A program made the position numbers and the translations under genes. From Microcoleus sp. (GTDB lineage Bacteria; Cyanobacteriota; Cyanobacteriia; Cyanobacteriales; Microcoleaceae): 64,000 nucleotides of DNA. The notes beneath the pieces are model-generated. The model was given only the letters and a program-made list of their open reading frames with translations. It did not search any database and was not told the DNA's origin. The stretch covers positions 384,001 through 448,000 of the forward strand of contig JAYFMW010000030.1 in the NCBI GenBank assembly GCA_042408215.1, written 5' to 3'. Shown in pieces: positions 57,246 to 64,000 of the stretch (position 1 is the stretch's first letter; every line of letters starts with the position of its first letter).

Positions 57246-58304
57246 CTATGGAAGTGACTTTAAAATACCGCTTTCTAATTGGTCAATTGCTGCCATAATT
57301 CCGGTTGCTGGATTTTTTAGCAGGGATGTTTTGACATCTTTCAAGTAACTTACAATGTGTTCCCGCAAAATTGGTCTTTCTACTTTCACGGTGCGATCGT
57401 AATCCCACAAATCCCACATGATAATTCCAACACCAACAATCGGATCGATTAAACTTACTCCTAATTGACTCGCAACAGTACCGCCTGTTTTTGTGGCCAT
57501 CTTGGCGGCGGCTTTGCTGGCCACTTTTGCCGTAACTTTGCTGCCAATCTTGCTAGCAACTCCCAATATTAATGGCTTAGTAACTAAGTAACCGCTACCG
57601 CCAACTAATACTTTTAATGATAAATTCGAGACGTTTCCTTTATCGCTAATTGTGATGGCGATATCGTTCAGATATTTATCCCACTGTGCTTGAGGTATGT
57701 TATAATTGTTTTGAACTACTTTCACATTCTTGCTAACTTCTGCTATGTACAAGTTAGCCGTATCTTGAGTGATTAATTGAAACCGCAGTTGAGCGTTTCT
57801 TGGTATCAGCACGCGGTTGGCAAATTCTCTTTGAAAGTCTTCGGTTAATTTTTCGGAAACATCTTGAGAAGCTGCATTCATATCAAACCTGTTGATTACG
57901 GCTGATTTCACGAAATTGAAAGGTACGGTAAACTCCATCTTTTTTTGGTTGAAGTAATCGAAGTACCAATCGAGGAAACTGTTGTCAACTCGCGCAATTA
58001 CTTCGGCTTCCCATTTGTCCAACTCTTGAGAGGCGAAAGTCTCAGCAGTTATATGAGCTTTTTGGATGGCATTTTTCACATCTTGGTTAACTTTGCTAAA
58101 ATCCTGCGGCGGCGAGACTACAACTGTTGTGGTTGGAGTATTTGTGAATGACTTGGAAATGATAAAATTACCTAACAGGGGAATAATTACCACCAGAATT
58201 ACGCTCGTCCAAATCATGGGTGTCACAGTTTTGAGCAACTGAGCGATCGCCTTGAGACGTTCTGTTTTCTCCGAATAGCTAATTTTTTCCTTGTCTTGAC
58301 TCAT
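57246..58304 (-). CDS. Hypothetical membrane-anchored helical protein
   Basis: 352-aa ORF with an N-terminal TM helix, FLDWYF, and a Gly/Ala/Lys-rich hairpin. Confidence 0.75.
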   Translation of the reverse strand: MSQDKEKISYSEKTERLKAIAQLLKTVTPMIWTSVILVVIIPLLGNFIISKSFTNTPTTTVVVSPPQDFSKVNQDVKNAIQKAHITAETFASQELDKWEAEVIARVDNSFLDWYFDYFNQKKMEFTVPFNFVKSAVINRFDMNAASQDVSEKLTEDFQREFANRVLIPRNAQLRFQLITQDTANLYIAEVSKNVKVVQNNYNIPQAQWDKYLNDIAITISDKGNVSNLSLKVLVGGSGYLVTKPLILGVASKIGSKVTAKVASKAAAKMATKTGGTVASQLGVSLIDPIVGVGIIMWDLWDYDRTVKVERPILREHIVSYLKDVKTSLLKNPATGIMAAIDQLESGILKSLP

Positions 58305-58501
58305 GGCGGTTGCTCAATTGATGAGAACTAATGGCTAGTTTCGATTATAGGCGGCGCTTCCTGAATTGTGTTACGGGCTTGTGGCCTGGGATTCTGGAAG
58401 GGTTGGGGAAAAAGTGCGATCGACCTTTCATCCCTGACTGTATAATAGTCATAGCCTCAGTTATAATGCTCAGGTACTGACTTCCCCAAAAGTATAAAAA
58501 A

Positions 58502-59551
58502 ATGGTTCAAAAAATAGCTCTATTTAATCACAAGGGCGGCGTTAGCAAAACAACCACTACATTTAATCTAGGATGGATGTTAGCCACCAAGGGAAAAAAA
58601 GTAATCTTAGTTGATGCCGATCCGCAATGTAACCTGACAGGGATGGTTTTGGGATTTTCAACTAAGGAAGAACTAGAGGGATTATATCAAAAAAACCAGA
58701 ATATTAAATCAGGCTTAGCACCTGCATTTGAATCAAGACCTAAGCTAATTGAGGCTGTAGATTGTTTGCCAGTAGAAGGGTGCGATGGTTTGTTTTTGTT
58801 GCCCGGTCATGTGGGATTTGCTGAATATGAGGTAACATTAGGCATTGCACAAGAGCTAAGTGGTTCAATTCAAACACTGCAAAACTTACCTGGTTCAATT
58901 TCATATCTTTTGCAAAAAACAGCAGATAAATTTGAGGCTGATTATATTTTGATTGATATGAGTCCAAGTTTAAGCTCAATCAATCAGAACCTGCTGATGA
59001 CCAGTGATTTTTTCATACTTCCCACAAGTCCTGACTTCTTTTCAGTAATGGCGATCGATTCTTTGGCAACAATTTTGCCAAAATGGTATGCTTGGGCTCA
59101 AAAAGCTTCTGAAATGAGGATTTTGCAAGATGCCGACTATCCATTTCCCAAAGTTACACCGCGCTTGCTTGGGACTGTAGTTCAAAACTATCGAATAATA
59201 CGTCAAGAACCCGCTGCTGCTTTTCAGAATTGGATAAATGAAATTCAAGAAGCTGTTTCTAATAGATTAGTACCATCTTTGCAAACAAATAATATGCTAC
59301 TAAGTAATCAAATGTACAATTCTCAAGGAATTGGCAGTGATTTATGCCTTGCAAAAATTTCTGACTTTAACAGCCTTATTGCTAAGTCTCAAAAGTATCA
59401 AACACCAGTTTTTGCCCTCACATCTGAGCAAATAGAACAGGTTGGTATAGTTTTGAAAGGTACTTTAGGAGCACAAGAAGAGTTCAAAAAAGTTTTTTCA
59501 ACACTGGCGGACAGAGTTATTGGGTTAACGTGCCATGCAGCCAGCAATTGA
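58502..59551 (+). CDS. ParA/Soj-family ATPase
   Basis: FNHKGGVSKTT (deviant Walker A), VDADPQCNLT, LIDMSPS, PDFFS. Confidence 0.9.
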   Translation: MVQKIALFNHKGGVSKTTTTFNLGWMLATKGKKVILVDADPQCNLTGMVLGFSTKEELEGLYQKNQNIKSGLAPAFESRPKLIEAVDCLPVEGCDGLFLLPGHVGFAEYEVTLGIAQELSGSIQTLQNLPGSISYLLQKTADKFEADYILIDMSPSLSSINQNLLMTSDFFILPTSPDFFSVMAIDSLATILPKWYAWAQKASEMRILQDADYPFPKVTPRLLGTVVQNYRIIRQEPAAAFQNWINEIQEAVSNRLVPSLQTNNMLLSNQMYNSQGIGSDLCLAKISDFNSLIAKSQKYQTPVFALTSEQIEQVGIVLKGTLGAQEEFKKVFSTLADRVIGLTCHAASN

Positions 59552-60140
59552 TCTATTTCGCATCAGTATTGCTCGCGTTCGGGATCTGATTGCTGTGCAT
59601 AATTCTCTAAAAGCTCAAGCTAGCAGTGTTCTGGATCTTTCAGATATGTTGAGAGCTGCACTTGTTCTAGCCGTTAGCGCTTTGGACTACTATATCCACG
59701 AAGTTGTCAGGATAGGAATGTTAGAAATTCATCGGGGGCAACGTCCTGAACCTCCAGCATTTTCGGGGTTTCAAATTTCACTGGGTAACGCTCGTGCAGG
59801 TATAAACGCAGGACAAAATATTGATTCCTGGTTAGAAGATGAAATTCGCCAACGCCACAGCTACAAAAGTTTTCAGCAGCCAAATGCTATAGCTGATGCT
59901 GTCCGGCTGATTTGCGATAAAAAGTTGTGGGAAGAAGTCTCTATTAACATGGGTAGCCCTGCTAAAGATACAAAACAACAACTAAGTCTGATTGTCGATC
60001 GCCGAAATAAGATAGCACATGAAGCAGATATAGATCCTACTTTATCGTTAGGGAATCGCTGGCCGATTGATGAACTATTAGTTAATGAAGCGGTTGATTT
60101 TCTTGAGCAAGTTGTTGAGAGCATACACAAGATTTTGTAA
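59535..60140 (+). CDS. HEPN-domain protein (RiboL-PSP-HEPN-like)
   Basis: LRAALVLAVSALDYYIH, SFQ, and an Rx4H motif RRNKIAHEAD. Overlaps parA by 17 nt. Confidence 0.85.
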   Translation: MQPAIDLFRISIARVRDLIAVHNSLKAQASSVLDLSDMLRAALVLAVSALDYYIHEVVRIGMLEIHRGQRPEPPAFSGFQISLGNARAGINAGQNIDSWLEDEIRQRHSYKSFQQPNAIADAVRLICDKKLWEEVSINMGSPAKDTKQQLSLIVDRRNKIAHEADIDPTLSLGNRWPIDELLVNEAVDFLEQVVESIHKIL

Positions 60141-60160
60141 CGCTCAACTTCATCAATAAC

Positions 60161-60409
60161 TTAAGCCACTTGCTCAACATTGAGCCGCCCTTCAACCCGC
60201 TCATATTCATCTTCAAGCAGCCAAAGCCTGGCTTCCTCATAGCTAGAACAAGCAAAAACAATCTTATAGTCTTCAGTCGGATCAAAAATGCAAAAATTAT
60301 TTTTATCATCACCGAGCAACATCAAAACATAAGGAGGGACAGAGGTCGGGTCAACCCATATTTCTGTAAACTGCCAGTTATTTGCTAGGTTGGGTACGGG
60401 GGATGACAT
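60161..60409 (-). CDS. Small conserved hypothetical protein
   Basis: WVDP...PYVLML...IFDP...SYEEARLWLLEDEYE.VEGR. Confidence 0.7.
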   Translation of the reverse strand: MSSPVPNLANNWQFTEIWVDPTSVPPYVLMLLGDDKNNFCIFDPTEDYKIVFACSSYEEARLWLLEDEYERVEGRLNVEQVA

Positions 60410-60521
60410 GATATTTATCTCCTATCACTTTAATTTCACCGTAATGTAAAGGAATTTGGCTACCATCACTCTCAATTCTATAACCAATTGGGCTGGCAAA
60501 GTAGAGTCCATAATATTTTAA

Positions 60522-60556
60522 TAAAAACCCGGTTTATTAAATAAACCGGGTTTTTA
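60522..60556. terminator. Strong hairpin downstream of chlN
   Basis: TAAAAACCCGGTTTAT-TAA-ATAAACCGGGTTTTTA. Confidence 0.6.
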
Positions 60557-60574
60557 ATTCAAGGCTAAAAACTA

Positions 60575-61987
<1,413 letters not shown>

Positions 61988-62371
61988 TCAAATCTTCTCC
62001 CTTTAAATTGTATTTCGTCTTTAACGTGACTTACTTAGCAGCGAGGAAACACCTGTAGGCGATTGATTTGCTTCCTTAGCTAGCGACAGGAATACGTTCA
62101 CATTCGGCTTTGCGAGCGTGCAAGGTTTCTGCGTAATTCCTATCAAGAATAAATGCAGCAAACTCAATATTCCCGCAGTAACAGAATCCAAAATTTTAGC
62201 TAAAAAACTTTGGGCGATCCCTGGATGTAGTGTTTCTCAACGCTACAGGCATTTTGGTTTGGGACGGTTGTGAGTTTGAGCTAATTAAAAATTAACAACT
62301 CGCAACTCACAACTCGCAACTAGAGCGGGAACCCTGAAGATTAGGAGAGACGAAAGTCGATCGCAAAAACC

Positions 62372-63979
62372 CTACTTAAAATCCGACAAAAAGCCCGAAA
62401 TTTCTTCATCGTCGTCGTCGGAATCCAAATCGCCGAGACCTAAAGCATCTAAATCATCTTCATCAGGATCTCCAGTTGTTGCTTCTCCCAAATCGTCAAG
62501 TCCCAAATCGTCGAGGTCATCGTCATCGGATACAGAGAAATCGTCAATACCGTCTTCGTCGTCCAAATCGCCCAGATCCAGGTCTAGGTCATCGGAGGTC
62601 GGTTCCCCAAACGGGTCGGGTATTTGTTCTGCGACAAAATCTGCATCTTCTTCCCCAAAAGGATCGGATATCCCAGTGGCGATCGCCCCAGAAGTCAAAG
62701 TCCCAAATTCTGAGGCTTCTTCTTCCTCATCCTCACCGAGGTCGAGAGCGTCCAAAGCAGAGGCTTCTTCTTCCTCATCCTCACCGAGGTCGAGAGCGTC
62801 CAAAGCAGAGGCTTCTTCTTCCTCGTCATCACCGAGGTCGAGAGCGTCCAAAGCAGAGGCTTCTTCTTCCTCATCCTCACCGAGGTCGAAGTCGGAGACA
62901 GCCTCTTCTTCCTCATCCTCACCGAGGTCGAAGTCGGAGACAGCCTCTTCTTCCTCATCCTCACCGAGGTCGAAGTCGGAGACAGCTTCTTCTTCCTCAT
63001 CCTCATCCAGGTCGAAGTCGGAGACAGCCTCTTCTTCCTCTTCCTCATCCAGGTCGAAGTCGGAGACAGATTCTTCTTCCTCCTCGTCGCCCAGGTCGAA
63101 GTCGGAGACAGCCTCTTCTTCCTCTTCCTCGCCCATGTCGAAGTCGGAGACAGCCTCTTCTTCATCCTCAAACCCCTCCAAGGATTCCTCATCAGACGAG
63201 CTCAGTGCTGACGCTATTGCTGCGGCACCGGCTACTCCGGCGACTAATCCGGCTGCTGCTAAGACCGCACCGCCTAATTGATTAGATTTGGCGGCTGTGG
63301 GGGCCGTTGGCTCAGGGGCCACTGGGGGGGCCGTTGGCTCAGGGGCCACTGGGGGGGCCGTTGGCTCAGGGGCCACTGGGGGGGCCGTTGGCTCAGGGGC
63401 CACTGGGGGGGCCGTTGGCTCAGGGGCCACTGGGGGGGCCGTTGGCTCAGGGGCTACTGGGGGGGCCGTTGGCTCAGGGGCTACTGGGGGGGCCGTTGGC
63501 TCAGGGGCCACTGGGGGGGCCGTTGGCTCAGGGGCCACTGGGGGGGCCGTTGGCTCAGGGGCTACTGGGGGGGCCGTTGGCTCAGGGGCCACTGGGGGGG
63601 CCGCAGGTGCTGTTTGAGCGGGGGCTGTCGCTGCTGCGGGTGGGGATACTGCGACAGTTGCAGCAGAGACCACAGCGGGTTTGACTGCTGGTGAGGGCAT
63701 ACCCAGGGCTATGTCAGGGTCAAAATTTAGCCCTAGCACTTCGATCAGGCTGTCTGCATCCGGCTTGAGTTTTGAGAAGGGCAGCATTAATTGCTGGAGT
63801 TCCGGCTCCAGGGCAGCCGCAATTCCCAGGATGAGGTAAGAAACAGGCCTTTTCCCGCCGTCGGGTGTAGCGACCGTGTTGTCAGCCGTCATGTGCAGGA
63901 GCAGCCAAGCCCGATTTGCCTGGTAGTAGTCCAACCACTTCTGTTTGAGGGCCACTGAAAAAGTATCAAAAAAAGCCAT
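62372..63979 (-). CDS. DUF5331-like protein with expanded Pro-rich and acidic tandem repeats
   Basis: LKQKWLDYYQ.NR.W...TPDGGKRP.SYLILG...LGLNFDPD. Located upstream of chlN. Confidence 0.8.
   Translation of the reverse strand: MAFFDTFSVALKQKWLDYYQANRAWLLLHMTADNTVATPDGGKRPVSYLILGIAAALEPELQQLMLPFSKLKPDADSLIEVLGLNFDPDIALGMPSPAVKPAVVSAATVAVSPPAAATAPAQTAPAAPPVAPEPTAPPVAPEPTAPPVAPEPTAPPVAPEPTAPPVAPEPTAPPVAPEPTAPPVAPEPTAPPVAPEPTAPPVAPEPTAPPVAPEPTAPPVAPEPTAPTAAKSNQLGGAVLAAAGLVAGVAGAAAIASALSSSDEESLEGFEDEEEAVSDFDMGEEEEEEAVSDFDLGDEEEEESVSDFDLDEEEEEEAVSDFDLDEDEEEEAVSDFDLGEDEEEEAVSDFDLGEDEEEEAVSDFDLGEDEEEEASALDALDLGDDEEEEASALDALDLGEDEEEEASALDALDLGEDEEEEASEFGTLTSGAIATGISDPFGEEDADFVAEQIPDPFGEPTSDDLDLDLGDLDDEDGIDDFSVSDDDDLDDLGLDDLGEATTGDPDEDDLDALGLGDLDSDDDDEEISGFLSDFK
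62712..63165 (-). repeat. Acidic coding repeats: 7 x 42 nt (EEEAVSDFDLG-like) and 3 x 48 nt (EEEASALDALDLG)
   Basis: Visible in both protein and DNA. Confidence 0.9.
63303..63599 (-). repeat. 11 x 27-nt coding tandem repeat (PPVAPEPTA)
   Basis: Unit GCCGTTGGCTCAGGGGC(C/T)ACTGGGGGG on the + strand. Confidence 0.95.
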
Positions 63980-64000
63980 AACCTCTTTATCCTCATCCCG

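Noticed and set aside
58502..59551. Plasmid or chromosome partition locus
   Set aside because: No parB, parS or rep gene; the partner is a HEPN protein and the context is chromosomal.
62476..63694. Collagen-like, Ser/Arg-rich and Gly-rich ORFs on the + strand and alternative frames
   Set aside because: Shadow frames of the tandem repeats in the DUF5331-like gene.

Overview
Chromosomal window from a filamentous cyanobacterium, probably Oscillatoriales (Microcoleus-like). Evidence: abundant HIP1 GCGATCGC, heptamer STRR arrays, and ocp, ndhH, pedR and chlN. Most genes are housekeeping: SNF2 with an intein, SWIM, queG, rsmH, ndhH, hisS, potBCDA, zur, purSQ, chlN and EPS/cell-surface genes. Three tnpB-only IS200/IS605 elements and many small palindromic repeats are interspersed. 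The top candidate for an undescribed system is a three-gene operon at 16747-20173 (-). It encodes an NgoAVII/CglI-like C5 methyltransferase, an NgoAVII-type B3-like DNA-recognition domain fused to a PtuA-like ABC ATPase, and an HNH nuclease, i.e. an apparent restriction-modification/Septu chimera. Other notable items: IS ends abutting the ATGA start codons of three consecutive genes, a ParA-HEPN pair, ndhH next to a MidA/NDUFAF7 methyltransferase, a 4x tandem amplification of a gene leader, and a decaying GT2-deacetylase-DUF2079 operon. Family assignments come from motif recognition and memory; no database searches were run.
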